Under the pieces are notes generated by a model. The model was not told where the DNA came from. It saw only the letters and a list, made by a program, of their open reading frames with translations, and did no database searches. This document shows positions 41,487 to 50,957 of a DNA stretch of 64,000 nucleotides, in pieces. The stretch is taken from the NCBI GenBank assembly GCA_017620475.1, contig JAFZQI010000021.1:3063-67062 (forward strand). The letters are read 5' to 3'. How positions within the stretch are numbered: the stretch's first letter is position 1; every line of letters starts with the position of its first letter. The translations under genes were made by a program, and so were the position numbers. The stretch is from Clostridiales bacterium. GTDB taxonomy: Bacteria; Bacillota; Clostridia; Saccharofermentanales; Saccharofermentanaceae.

Positions 41487-43856
41487 TCAGCCGAGTCCGA
41501 AGAGTATGCCGATGAGATGTACGCCGTAGGCAACCACCCAGGCAACGACGCACTGGAAAACGACAACGATGCCAGCCCATTTGGCGCCGAGTTCCCGCCG
41601 TACCGACGCCACGGCAGCAACACATGGCGTATAAAGCAGGCAGAATACCAAAAGACATATGGCCGAAAGAGGCTCAAGAAGAGGAAGAACGGCTTCACTT
41701 CCGCCGACGAGGACGTTGAGCGTGGAAACCACGCTTTCTTTGGCCATGAATCCCGTGATGAGCGCAGTGGAGAAACGCCAGTCGCCAAATCCGAGAGGAG
41801 CGAACAGTGGGGCGATGTAGCCGGCGAGGATCGCCAGGATGCTATGGCTGGAGTCATCTGTGAGTGTCAGGCTCAGGTCGAAAGATTGCAGGAACCAGAT
41901 CACGATCGAGGCGATAAAGATGACGGTAAAAGCACGCTGCAGGAAGTCCTTGGCTTTCTCCCAGAGAAGCTGACCGACATTTTTGGCGCCGGGCATACGG
42001 TAATTCGGAAGTTCCATCACAAAAGGAACCGCCTCACCCTTAAACGCAGTCCATTTCAGGATGTGGGCGATAAAGATGCCGGTGATGATGCCGATGAAGT
42101 AAAGGGCGATCATGATCAGCCCGCTGTATTTCGGGAAGAAGGTGCTGGCGAAGAATCCGTAGATCGGAAGCTTGGCCGAGCAGCTCATGAATGGCGTCAG
42201 AAGGATCGTCATTTTACGGTCGCGTTCGGAAGGAAGCGTCCTGCTGGCCATGACGCCCGGGACGGTGCAGCCGAAACCGATAAGCATCGGGACGATCGAA
42301 CGTCCGGAAAGACCGAGTTTTCTGAGGAATTTGTCCATGACGAAAGCAATACGGGCCATGTAGCCGGTATCTTCGAGGAGTGAAAGGAAGAAGAACAGCG
42401 TCACGATGACCGGCAGAAATGAAAGCACGCTGCCGATACCGTTGAATATTCCATCGATGATGAGGGAGCGGACGACTTCGTTGACGTTGCCGGCTGTCAG
42501 GGCAGAAGATACGACCTCGGTGAGCGCGTCGATGCCTTTTTCGAGGATCGACTGGAAGAATGCGCCGATGACATTGAAGGTAAGGAAGAATACGGCGCCC
42601 ATGATCAGGATGAAAGCAGGGATGGCTGTGTATTTTCCGGTGAGGATCTTATCGATCCGGCGGCTGCGCTGGTGCTCCTTACTCTCTTTCGGTTTAATGA
42701 CGGTCCGGTCAACGAGCTTCTGGATGAAGGTGAAACGCATATCTGCGATGGCGGCACTTCTGTCCATGCCGGATTCTTCCTCCATCTGCACGATGATATG
42801 CTCGAGCATTTCCTTCTCGTTCTGGTCGAGTTTCAAGGCTTCGAGTACACGTGAATCGCCTTCGACAAGCTTGGTTGCGGCGAATCTTTCCGGGATGCCG
42901 GCGGCCTTGGCATGATCGTCGATGAGGATCATGATACTGTGCAGACATCTGTGGATCGCACCGCTCTCGTTCTCGTCACAGAAGTCGAGGCGACCGGGGC
43001 GCTCCTGGTATTTGGCCACGTGAAGTGCGTGCTCGACAAGCTCGCGGATACCTTCATTCTTGGCCGCGGAGATCGGTACGACCGGGATCCCGAGCTCGTG
43101 CTCCATCTGGTTCACGAGAATGGACCCTCCGTTGCCGCGGATCTCGTCCATCATGTTGAGGGCCAGGACCATCGGGACATTGAGCTCCATCAGCTGCATG
43201 GTCAGATAGAGATTGCGTTCGATATTGGTAGCATCGACGATGTTGATGATGCCGCAGGGTTTCTCGTCGAGGATGAACTGTCGCGAGACGATCTCCTCGG
43301 CGGTGTAGGGCGACATGCTGTAGATGCCCGGAAGGTCAGTGATCTCGGTATTCGGATTCCCTTTAATGGCGCCGCTTTTCCTGTCGACAGTGACTCCCGG
43401 AAAGTTTCCGACATGCTGGTTACTGCCTGTGAGCTGATTGAAAAGAGTAGTCTTGCCGGAGTTCTGATTGCCGGCGAGAGCGAAAGTCAGCTTCGTTCCT
43501 TCCGGTAGAGGATCTTCGTCGGCTTTGACGTGATATTTACCGCCTTCACCAAGACCCGGGTGGGCGATGATGATTCGGCGTTCTTTCCTTTTGCCCGGAT
43601 CGGAAGGTGTATCTTCGGCGGGCTTTTCTTCTTTTGCTTCACTGATTTCGATCAGTCTTGCATCGTCAAGACGAAGCGTCAGTTCATAACCGTGAATTCG
43701 CAGTTCCATCGGGTCGCCCAAGGGAGCAAGCTTTTCCAATTTCACTTTGGCTCCCGGAATCACGCCCATATCGAGGAAGTGCTGGCGAAGTGCACCTTCG
43801 CCGCCGACCTTCGTAATCGTTGCAGAATGTCCGGTTTTTAATTCAGCCAGATTCAT
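41487..43856 (-). CDS. feoB: Ferrous iron transporter, fused FeoA-FeoB
   Basis: The ATG at 43856 follows a GGAGGGGA RBS. An N-terminal FeoA-like SH3 segment is followed by a G-domain (GNQNSGKTTLFN, DLPG) and the polytopic FeoB membrane domain. Confidence 0.9.
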   Translation of the reverse strand: MNLAELKTGHSATITKVGGEGALRQHFLDMGVIPGAKVKLEKLAPLGDPMELRIHGYELTLRLDDARLIEISEAKEEKPAEDTPSDPGKRKERRIIIAHPGLGEGGKYHVKADEDPLPEGTKLTFALAGNQNSGKTTLFNQLTGSNQHVGNFPGVTVDRKSGAIKGNPNTEITDLPGIYSMSPYTAEEIVSRQFILDEKPCGIINIVDATNIERNLYLTMQLMELNVPMVLALNMMDEIRGNGGSILVNQMEHELGIPVVPISAAKNEGIRELVEHALHVAKYQERPGRLDFCDENESGAIHRCLHSIMILIDDHAKAAGIPERFAATKLVEGDSRVLEALKLDQNEKEMLEHIIVQMEEESGMDRSAAIADMRFTFIQKLVDRTVIKPKESKEHQRSRRIDKILTGKYTAIPAFILIMGAVFFLTFNVIGAFFQSILEKGIDALTEVVSSALTAGNVNEVVRSLIIDGIFNGIGSVLSFLPVIVTLFFFLSLLEDTGYMARIAFVMDKFLRKLGLSGRSIVPMLIGFGCTVPGVMASRTLPSERDRKMTILLTPFMSCSAKLPIYGFFASTFFPKYSGLIMIALYFIGIITGIFIAHILKWTAFKGEAVPFVMELPNYRMPGAKNVGQLLWEKAKDFLQRAFTVIFIASIVIWFLQSFDLSLTLTDDSSHSILAILAGYIAPLFAPLGFGDWRFSTALITGFMAKESVVSTLNVLVGGSEAVLPLLEPLSAICLLVFCLLYTPCVAAVASVRRELGAKWAGIVVVFQCVVAWVVAYGVHLIGILFGLG

Positions 43857-43936
43857 AGATGTCCCCTCCATCTACTGATTTCCCGATCACTGAAAGCCGC
43901 CCTGGCGAAGGCACTCTCCGGATCGGATAGAAAAAA

Positions 43937-44539
43937 TCAGTCGATCACTCGTACTGCCTTGATCTTCGGCTGATCGGCCGGGTCGACCGTTCCATTACTG
44001 TCCTGTACCGGTACTTCGACCAGCTGATCGATGATGGCCATGCCGTCCGTGACCTGCCCGAATGCCGCATACTGTCCGTCAAGATTCGATGCGTCCTGAT
44101 GGCAGATGAAGAATTCGGAAGAGGCACTGTTGTTGTCATTGCTGAGCCGGGCCATCGAGATGGTACCGCGCTTATGCTTGATCGGATTGCTGAAGCCGTT
44201 GGCAGAGAATTCGCCGACGATGGTCTTGGCCGGCTCGCCGGTCCAGGATTCCGGAGCGCGTCCGCCCTGGACGACGAAGCCCTTGATGATCCTGTGGAAT
44301 GTGGATCCGTCAAAGTAGCCGCTTCTAGCCAGAGTCAGGAAATTATCTACGGTGACAGGAGCACTGTCAGAATCAAGCTCCAGCTTGATGATGCCGTAGT
44401 TTTCGACCTCGATCTCGACATGGTGTTTCTCGCCGGTCTTCTTGGTGTAGGTCTTGGAAGAGCAGCCGCAGAAGGCCGTAAGAAGGGAAAGAATAAGAAG
44501 CGCCGAAATGACGCGAAGAGCTTTATGGTTTGTGTTCAT
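43937..44539 (-). CDS. Cyclophilin-type peptidyl-prolyl cis-trans isomerase, lipoprotein
   Basis: A lipobox (AFCGCSS) and the cyclophilin pattern (FHRII.GF..QGG, SMAR......SA.SEFFI) are present. The start at 44539 has a GAGGA RBS; 44551 is an alternative. Confidence 0.85.
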   Translation of the reverse strand: MNTNHKALRVISALLILSLLTAFCGCSSKTYTKKTGEKHHVEIEVENYGIIKLELDSDSAPVTVDNFLTLARSGYFDGSTFHRIIKGFVVQGGRAPESWTGEPAKTIVGEFSANGFSNPIKHKRGTISMARLSNDNNSASSEFFICHQDASNLDGQYAAFGQVTDGMAIIDQLVEVPVQDSNGTVDPADQPKIKAVRVID

Positions 44540-44603
44540 GTTCGTCCTCATATATAAATAGGTTTATTTCGTGTTCGATTATACACTAAAAGGCGTGAAA
44601 CGA

Positions 44604-45620
44604 TCAGGATAACTTCACGTCGTAGAGCGGCTCGATGGCGAAGTGGCGTCCGCTCAGGCGGCTGTGGATATTTTCCTTCGGGATCTTTCCGAAAAGAAGG
44701 GTAGATGCAAACAGCTGCTGATAACGGACCTTGCCTCCCCGAAGATTCCGGAAGTTGAGATTGTACTGATTCCGCCCGTAGTTGCCGTCACCGAGGATCG
44801 GGTGGCCGAGATGCGCGAACTGGGCGCGGATCTGGTGGGTACGGCCGGTGACCAGCTCGACTTCGATGTCGGAAACATCCTCGCCGTCGGGACCGATGCC
44901 CTTATATGTGTGCAGGACCCGGTAGCGGGAGGTGATGGGAAGATCGCCCTCCTTAGGAATATCGTGGATGAATACGTTTCCGGTACGGGGTTTCTCGAGA
45001 TAGGCGGAGATCTCCTTCATGATGGCCTCATCCTGGCAGATGACATGCTCGCCCACGGTTGGAACTCCTCTAACGAGGCAGCGGTAGCGCTTCGTGATCA
45101 AATCCGCCTTGAAAAGAGCAATCGCGTCCTCCAGGCTCTGTTTATTCTTCGCAGTCAGGATCAGACCGCCGGTATTCATGTCGATGCGGTGGCACAGATC
45201 CAGAGAAGGGTTATGGTAGTCGCGGCGGAGAATGTCGATCAGGCAGTCGCCGTCCATGCCCTTACCGCCGTGCACGGCCAGTCCCTGGCGCTTATTGACC
45301 AGAAGCAGGTCATCGGACTCGAAGACGACTTTATAATCGTCCATAGGTGACGATCCGGAAGCCGCTTTCCCGATTCCGGAGGATTGGGCGGAAACTTCGT
45401 TATCCGACTTCTTTTCGAAAAGCACTTCGGGAAGCCATAGCTCGACCCGGTCGCCTTCGCTTACGGGAATGTCCGACGAGATACGCTTGCCGTTGATGCG
45501 GATATCCTTATGCTTCAGTGCTTTTTGAAGGGAAGACGGCGTCAGATTCGGAAATTCCAGAATCGCCGCACGGATCACTTTCTTGCCGGCACTTTTGGAT
45601 GAAACGATAAAATCTCTCAT
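44604..45620 (-). CDS. RluA-family pseudouridine synthase with an S4-like N-terminus
   Basis: HRIDMNTGGL (catalytic Asp motif), GRTHQIR and the overall RluA/RluD-like pattern are present. Confidence 0.85.
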   Translation of the reverse strand: MRDFIVSSKSAGKKVIRAAILEFPNLTPSSLQKALKHKDIRINGKRISSDIPVSEGDRVELWLPEVLFEKKSDNEVSAQSSGIGKAASGSSPMDDYKVVFESDDLLLVNKRQGLAVHGGKGMDGDCLIDILRRDYHNPSLDLCHRIDMNTGGLILTAKNKQSLEDAIALFKADLITKRYRCLVRGVPTVGEHVICQDEAIMKEISAYLEKPRTGNVFIHDIPKEGDLPITSRYRVLHTYKGIGPDGEDVSDIEVELVTGRTHQIRAQFAHLGHPILGDGNYGRNQYNLNFRNLRGGKVRYQQLFASTLLFGKIPKENIHSRLSGRHFAIEPLYDVKLS

Positions 45621-45666
45621 AATGTTCCTTTATAAAAATGTGATATAAAATATGAATTCTTATTAT

Positions 45667-45718
45667 GTACGCATTATAGTATACCATCCGCGGTACGCAT
45701 TATAGTATACCATCCGCG
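45667..45718. repeat. Perfect 26-bp tandem duplication
   Basis: GTACGCATTATAGTATACCATCCGCG occurs at 45667-45692 and again, identically, at 45693-45718. Confidence 0.95.
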
Positions 45719-45874
45719 CGGAAATCCGAAAGACGCGAAATGGCAAAGACCAGAAATCCGAAAGCCGGAATGTGGAAATCGAAAAGAATTGAAAGATGAT
45801 CAGATGAGTTTTCGTGGATAATCTACGGATGATATAATAATTGGCAAAAAAACTTGCGTGTGGGAAATACTGGA

Positions 45875-48508
45875 ATGATGAACAGGAATTCGAATCCTAA
45901 GACTGAAGAAAAGAAAGTACGGGTAGAACAGGAACTGGCGGCATTGAGTGCCATCAGTGATGAGGACCTGTATGCACGGCTTTCGTCTTCGGAAGAAGGT
46001 CTTAATCAGGTTGAGGCGAGTGACAGGCTTGAGGAATACGGACGTAATATCATCGACTCCGGAAACAGCAATAGTCTGGCGAAACGGGTAAGGGAGGCGA
46101 TCATTAATCCGTTTAATGTGGTATTGCTGATCGTCGCCATAGTGACGCTGTTTACGGATGTTATCCTTGCGGAGAAATCAAGCTGGGCCACGTTCCTCAT
46201 GCTGGTTTTCGTTGTGGCGATCTCATCCGTCATCTCTTTCGTTCAAACAGAAAAGTCCAATTCGGCGGCGCAGAAACTGTCGAAGATGATCAGAAATAAA
46301 ATCGATGTGATCCGTAACGGCAGTGTCATGGAAGTGGATATGGAAGAAGTCGTTCCGGGTGATATTGTCAAACTTGCTTCCGGTGATATGCTTCCGGGCG
46401 ATGTCCGCTTTATTGAGACGAAGGATCTGTTTATTGACCAGTCCCAGCTGACGGGGGAGAGTAACCCTGTGGAGAAGTTCGGCGGACCGGATCCGACAGG
46501 CGCGGAAATCTCGGAACTGAACAATCTCGGCTTTATGGGCAGTAATATCGTCTCGGGATCGGCCAAAGCGATCATATTGACGACGGGAAACAGCACGTAT
46601 TTCGGATCGATGGCCAAGAGCCTGAATACCTATAAGAGTAAGAGTTCTTTTGAACAGAATATCGACTCGATCAGTAAGCTTTTGATTTCATTCATGGTGG
46701 TTATGGTACCGGTGATCTTCATTGCGAATTTCCTGACAAAGGGAAGCTGGATGGATTCCCTGATGTTCGGTATTACGATCGCTGTCGGATTGATGCCGGA
46801 GATGCTTCCGGTCATTATGACTTCCTCTCTTGCCAAGGGTGCGGTCAATATGTCGAAAAAAGAGACGATCGTTAAGCGTCTTGGTGCCATCCAGACGTTC
46901 GGTGAGATGGATATTCTCTGCACGGATAAGACGGGAACGCTCACGCAGGACGGGATCGTTCTTGAGAAATACATGGACGTGCTGGGACGGGAAGATAAGA
47001 GAGTGCTCCGCCACGCATTCCTGAACAGTTATTTTCAAACGGGATTGAAAAACCTGATGGATGTGGCGATCATTAACCGGGGAGAAAAGGAAGAACTGTC
47101 GCCGCTGAAGGAGAACTATGTGCGGGAGGACGAGATCCCGTTTGATTTCTCGCGCCGCCGTATGAGTGTGGTACTTCGGGACAGAACCGGAAAACGGCAG
47201 CTGGTTACGAAGGGCGCCGTTGAGGAGATCCTTTCGATATGCAGTTTTATTGAGATCGAAGGCGAGGTCAAGCCCATCTCTGACGAACTTGTTGAGAATG
47301 CGAAGAAAATTGCTTATGAGAACAATCTTGAAGGTATCCGTGTCATTGCCGTGGCGCAGAAAAACCAGATCCACGATATCGAGACATTCGGTGTAGATGA
47401 TGAGTCGGACATGGTGCTCATCGGATTCGTAGGATTCCTTGATCCGCCGAAACCGTCGGCAGAATCGGCTTTGACGGCATTGAAGAAGAACGGCGTTAAG
47501 ACAGTCGTTCTGACAGGTGATTCCGAAGGCGTTGCCATCAATATCTGCGGAAGACTGGGGATCTCGACAGAGTATACGCTGACCGGTGCAAAGGTGGAGA
47601 CGATGAATGATGAAGAACTCCGCACGGCCTGCGAGAAGTGCCAGATCTTTTCTAAGCTTTCGCCATACCAGAAACAGCGTGTGGTGCAGGCGTTCCAGGC
47701 GAACGGACATACCGTCGGATATATGGGAGACGGCATCAATGACAGCTTGCCCCTGAAACAGGCGGATGTGGGTATCTCCGTGGATACCGCCGTTGATATT
47801 GCCAAGGAGGTCGCGGATATTATTCTGCTGGAAAAGGACTTGAACGTGCTGGATGCGGGTGTAATGGAAGGACGCCGCACATTTGCGAATATGTCCAAAT
47901 ATCTGAAGATGTCGGTGAGCGGAAACTTCGGAAACATGTTCTCCGTATTGATTGCAAGTATCTTCCTTCCATTCCTGCCTCTTCTTCCGATCCATATTCT
48001 TGTGCAGAATATCCTCAATGACTTTGCCCAGCTGGGTATGCCTTTCGATCATGTGGAGAAGGACAGTATTCTTCTTCCGAAAAAGTGGAATATCCCGGGC
48101 ATCAAGAAGTTTATGATCATCTTCGGCCTTTTGAGTACGGTGCTGGATGTCCTTTGTTTCCTCGTGATGTGGTATGTGCTTGGGTTTAATAGTATCGAGC
48201 AGGCGGGATTCTTCCAGTGCGGCTGGTTTATGTTCGGTATTTTGTCCCAGACGCTGGTCATCCATACCATCCGTACGCCGAAGGTTCCCTTCGTGCAGGA
48301 TCGGGCTTCTGTGCAGCTGACGGTCTCTACGCTTCTGGTAGTTCTGGGAACGCTTCTTATCGGATTTACCGCCATTGCCGGTTTCTTTGACCTTCCGGTC
48401 ATGATCCCGTCCTTCGGGATCTGGCTTGTCGGACTGATGATGGTGTATATGGTACTCGCACAGATCCTCAAAGCGGTGTATATTCGTATTAATAAAGAGT
48501 GGGTGTAA
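45875..48508 (+). CDS. mgtA: Magnesium-translocating P-type ATPase
   Basis: DKTGTLT phosphorylation site, TGD, MGDGINDS and an MgtA-like N-terminus and TM layout are present. The start is uncertain (TTG 45854, ATG 45875 or 45878). Confidence 0.9.
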   Translation: MMNRNSNPKTEEKKVRVEQELAALSAISDEDLYARLSSSEEGLNQVEASDRLEEYGRNIIDSGNSNSLAKRVREAIINPFNVVLLIVAIVTLFTDVILAEKSSWATFLMLVFVVAISSVISFVQTEKSNSAAQKLSKMIRNKIDVIRNGSVMEVDMEEVVPGDIVKLASGDMLPGDVRFIETKDLFIDQSQLTGESNPVEKFGGPDPTGAEISELNNLGFMGSNIVSGSAKAIILTTGNSTYFGSMAKSLNTYKSKSSFEQNIDSISKLLISFMVVMVPVIFIANFLTKGSWMDSLMFGITIAVGLMPEMLPVIMTSSLAKGAVNMSKKETIVKRLGAIQTFGEMDILCTDKTGTLTQDGIVLEKYMDVLGREDKRVLRHAFLNSYFQTGLKNLMDVAIINRGEKEELSPLKENYVREDEIPFDFSRRRMSVVLRDRTGKRQLVTKGAVEEILSICSFIEIEGEVKPISDELVENAKKIAYENNLEGIRVIAVAQKNQIHDIETFGVDDESDMVLIGFVGFLDPPKPSAESALTALKKNGVKTVVLTGDSEGVAINICGRLGISTEYTLTGAKVETMNDEELRTACEKCQIFSKLSPYQKQRVVQAFQANGHTVGYMGDGINDSLPLKQADVGISVDTAVDIAKEVADIILLEKDLNVLDAGVMEGRRTFANMSKYLKMSVSGNFGNMFSVLIASIFLPFLPLLPIHILVQNILNDFAQLGMPFDHVEKDSILLPKKWNIPGIKKFMIIFGLLSTVLDVLCFLVMWYVLGFNSIEQAGFFQCGWFMFGILSQTLVIHTIRTPKVPFVQDRASVQLTVSTLLVVLGTLLIGFTAIAGFFDLPVMIPSFGIWLVGLMMVYMVLAQILKAVYIRINKEWV

Positions 48509-48514
48509 GGACAT

Positions 48515-48967
48515 ATGGAAAAGACAGATTGCCTGGTGAGCATTGCCAGTGTTTTTGAAGAAGAAGAGAAGCGATACGAGGGGAGTTTCGAATCCTCGGA
48601 GGATAGGATCCGGATGGCGTGGACTCAGCCGGAGGAGAATAAGGGGGAGGGCGAGACGCGCTTCCTCATGTCCTATCGTGTTGCGGAGAAGACCCTGCGG
48701 CTCTCAAGAAAGGGCTCGACCGAGATGGATCTTCTGTTCCGGGAAGGGGAAAAGACCGACGGCATTATGCGTACGAGCCACGGAGACTTCGATATCCGGA
48801 TCGAGACATGGCATATCCTGTTTTTCCCGGAAACCGGGGATGAGGAAACGATCCTCGAGGGGAAACCTTACCTTGTTAAGAAGGCGATGCTCGAGTACGA
48901 TCTTTGCTTTCCGAACCAGGAACCGATGCGGAATTCAATGTTTTTTAAACTGCATATTGCCAAATGA
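48515..48967 (+). CDS. DUF1934-like small beta-barrel protein
   Basis: The 150-aa product has a pattern reminiscent of YwiB/DUF1934 (...LRLSRKGSTEMDLLFREGEKTDGIMRTSHGDFDIRIET...). This assignment comes from memory of the family, not from a search. Confidence 0.5.
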   Translation: MEKTDCLVSIASVFEEEEKRYEGSFESSEDRIRMAWTQPEENKGEGETRFLMSYRVAEKTLRLSRKGSTEMDLLFREGEKTDGIMRTSHGDFDIRIETWHILFFPETGDEETILEGKPYLVKKAMLEYDLCFPNQEPMRNSMFFKLHIAK

Positions 48968-49010
48968 AAAATTTATGTGTAAAATCTTTCGGTAACGCAT
49001 GGAAACTTGC

Positions 49011-49039
49011 TTGACAAAGCATTTCCATTAGTGCATAAT
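49011..49039 (+). promoter_or_regulatory. SigA-type promoter upstream of rpmF
   Basis: TTGACA (49011-49016), a 17-nt spacer and CATAAT (49034-49039) are present, with TG 1 nt upstream of the -10 (extended -10-like). Confidence 0.5.
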
Positions 49040-49117
49040 ATCTTTCGCGCCTCAAGGTTTAGTGTGGTTGCGATATAAAGAATAAAGTATTCTAAGTTAG
49101 TATTGGAGGTGGATGCG

Positions 49118-49306
49118 ATGGCTCATCCGAAGCGTAAATGGTCGAAAGCTAGAACTTCTCGTCACAGAAGTGCCTGGAAGCTTACCTTGCCAGGATTTGT
49201 AGAGTGCCCCAATTGCCACACTAAGATGTTGCGCCATAAGGTCTGCAAGACCTGCGGTTATCTTGATGGCAAGGAGATCATCAATAAAGCAGATGAGATG
49301 GCTTAA
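49118..49306 (+). CDS. rpmF: 50S ribosomal protein L32
   Basis: MAHPKRKWSKARTSRHRS... has two CxxC pairs (CPNCH, CKTCG). A GGAGGTGGA RBS is present. Confidence 0.9.
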   Translation: MAHPKRKWSKARTSRHRSAWKLTLPGFVECPNCHTKMLRHKVCKTCGYLDGKEIINKADEMA

Positions 49307-49489
49307 CAGCTAATCGACGTACTACTACTAATAATCGGCAGTGTTTCTACTAAATAGTTGAACCACTGCTTTTTTCTTTTTGTCAGTGTTTTGGCCGGCT
49401 GTTGGAGTAGCAGATGGACAGCTCGCGGAAAGCCGGGAAGCGGCGCGAAGGCGGCGGAGATGGATCGGCCGCAGTAAGAGGGAGTTTTC

Positions 49490-50878
49490 GTGGCAAATAA
49501 AAGAGAAGAATTCCGGAGGATCAAGGAAGTCGTACCGGGCTCCATTGCCGAGGAAGTCGGCGTGGAACCGGGTTATATCCTTGTATCCATCGATGGCGTT
49601 GAAGTCAGAGATGTCTTTGACTACCGCCTCCGGGAAAGAGCTTCCGAGATGCTTCTGGCGTTCCGTCTTCCTGACGGGCAGATCGCTGAGGTCGAGCTTG
49701 AAAAGGACGAGGACGAGGAGCTGGGTCTGGTTTTCGAAGACCCGATCATGTGTAACTGCACTTCCTGCGCCAATAAGTGCATCTTCTGTTTCATTGACCA
49801 GAATCCTAAGGGTATGCGTGAGACGCTGTACTTTAAAGACGATGATATGCGTATGTCCTTTCTGACCGGAAACTACGTGACGCTTACCAATCTTTCGGAT
49901 AAAGAATTTGAACGCATCATCGGCTACCATCTGTCGCCGATCAATGTGTCGGTCCACGCCACGGATCCGGTGGTCCGGGAGAAAATGATCAACAACAGGT
50001 TTGCCGGAAAACTCATGCCCCGTCTTCGTAAGATGATTGAGAACGGGATCTCCATCAACTGCCAGATCGTGTGCTGCCCCGGGTATAACAACGGGGCGGT
50101 CCTGGATCAGACGATCTCGGATCTGGCGGAGCTCGGCGAGGGCGTACTCTCGATCGCGGTCGTTCCGGTGGGGATCACGAAGTTCCGAGACGAGAACGGA
50201 CTGGTAAAACTGACCCCGTTTAATAAACAGACGGCGGGGGAACTTCTCGATCAGGTCAACAAGTGGCAGGACTATTTCCTTAAGACCCGCGGCGAGCGTA
50301 TCTTCTTCGCAGCGGATGAGTTCTATATCCGGGCGGAGCGCCCGATGCCGAAGGCGGAAGAATACGAGGGTTATCCGCAGCTGGAAAACGGTGTCGGTAT
50401 GATCGCCGAGCGCGATGCGGCAATGAGCAAGGGGATCCGGCTTCGCATAAAGAATCTTCCTCAGTCCTTTTCGCATGGATATGTCGGCAAGCATTTCCTC
50501 ATGATCTCCGGAACGGATGCGGCACCATACACGGAAAAGTTTGCGCATCCTATTTCCTTGTTATATAATATCGATTTGGCTGTGCTGGCGGTGGTCAATA
50601 AGTTCTTCGGCGCGACGATCACGGTATCCGGGCTTCTGACCGGAGGGGACATCTCCAATGCCATTTCAGATGAGAGGGAGAAGGGCCGGATCGTGGATGT
50701 GGTGGTGCTTACCGCCAATATGCTTAAGGCCGACGAGGACATCTTCCTCGACGACATGACGCTGGATCAGTTTAAGGAAAGAGTCGGTGTGCCGGTCATC
50801 GTGGCTGAGTGCGACGGCTCCGGAGTCCTAAAAGCGCTGGATGCTTTTACGGGACTCTATGATGGAATAGAAGATTGA
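49490..50878 (+). CDS. DUF512 protein with PDZ-like and radical-SAM-like regions
   Basis: A GTG start follows an AAGAGGGAG RBS. An N-terminal PDZ-like segment, a CxxxCxxC motif (CANKCIFC) and its position just upstream of der match DUF512 genes in Firmicutes. Confidence 0.7.
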   Translation: MANKREEFRRIKEVVPGSIAEEVGVEPGYILVSIDGVEVRDVFDYRLRERASEMLLAFRLPDGQIAEVELEKDEDEELGLVFEDPIMCNCTSCANKCIFCFIDQNPKGMRETLYFKDDDMRMSFLTGNYVTLTNLSDKEFERIIGYHLSPINVSVHATDPVVREKMINNRFAGKLMPRLRKMIENGISINCQIVCCPGYNNGAVLDQTISDLAELGEGVLSIAVVPVGITKFRDENGLVKLTPFNKQTAGELLDQVNKWQDYFLKTRGERIFFAADEFYIRAERPMPKAEEYEGYPQLENGVGMIAERDAAMSKGIRLRIKNLPQSFSHGYVGKHFLMISGTDAAPYTEKFAHPISLLYNIDLAVLAVVNKFFGATITVSGLLTGGDISNAISDEREKGRIVDVVVLTANMLKADEDIFLDDMTLDQFKERVGVPVIVAECDGSGVLKALDAFTGLYDGIED

Positions 50879-50957
50879 TGTGACCGCGGGAAACCGCGGA
50901 ACAGCAGGACATAAATGGCCGCAGATAAGCGGATACGAAAAGGAAAGGAGTAAAAGG

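Noticed and set aside
48543-48995. An alternative 150-codon ORF overlapping the DUF1934-like gene in another frame.
   Set aside because: Its translation is Arg/Ser/Cys-rich and low in information. The 48515 frame gives a plausible globular protein and starts right after mgtA.
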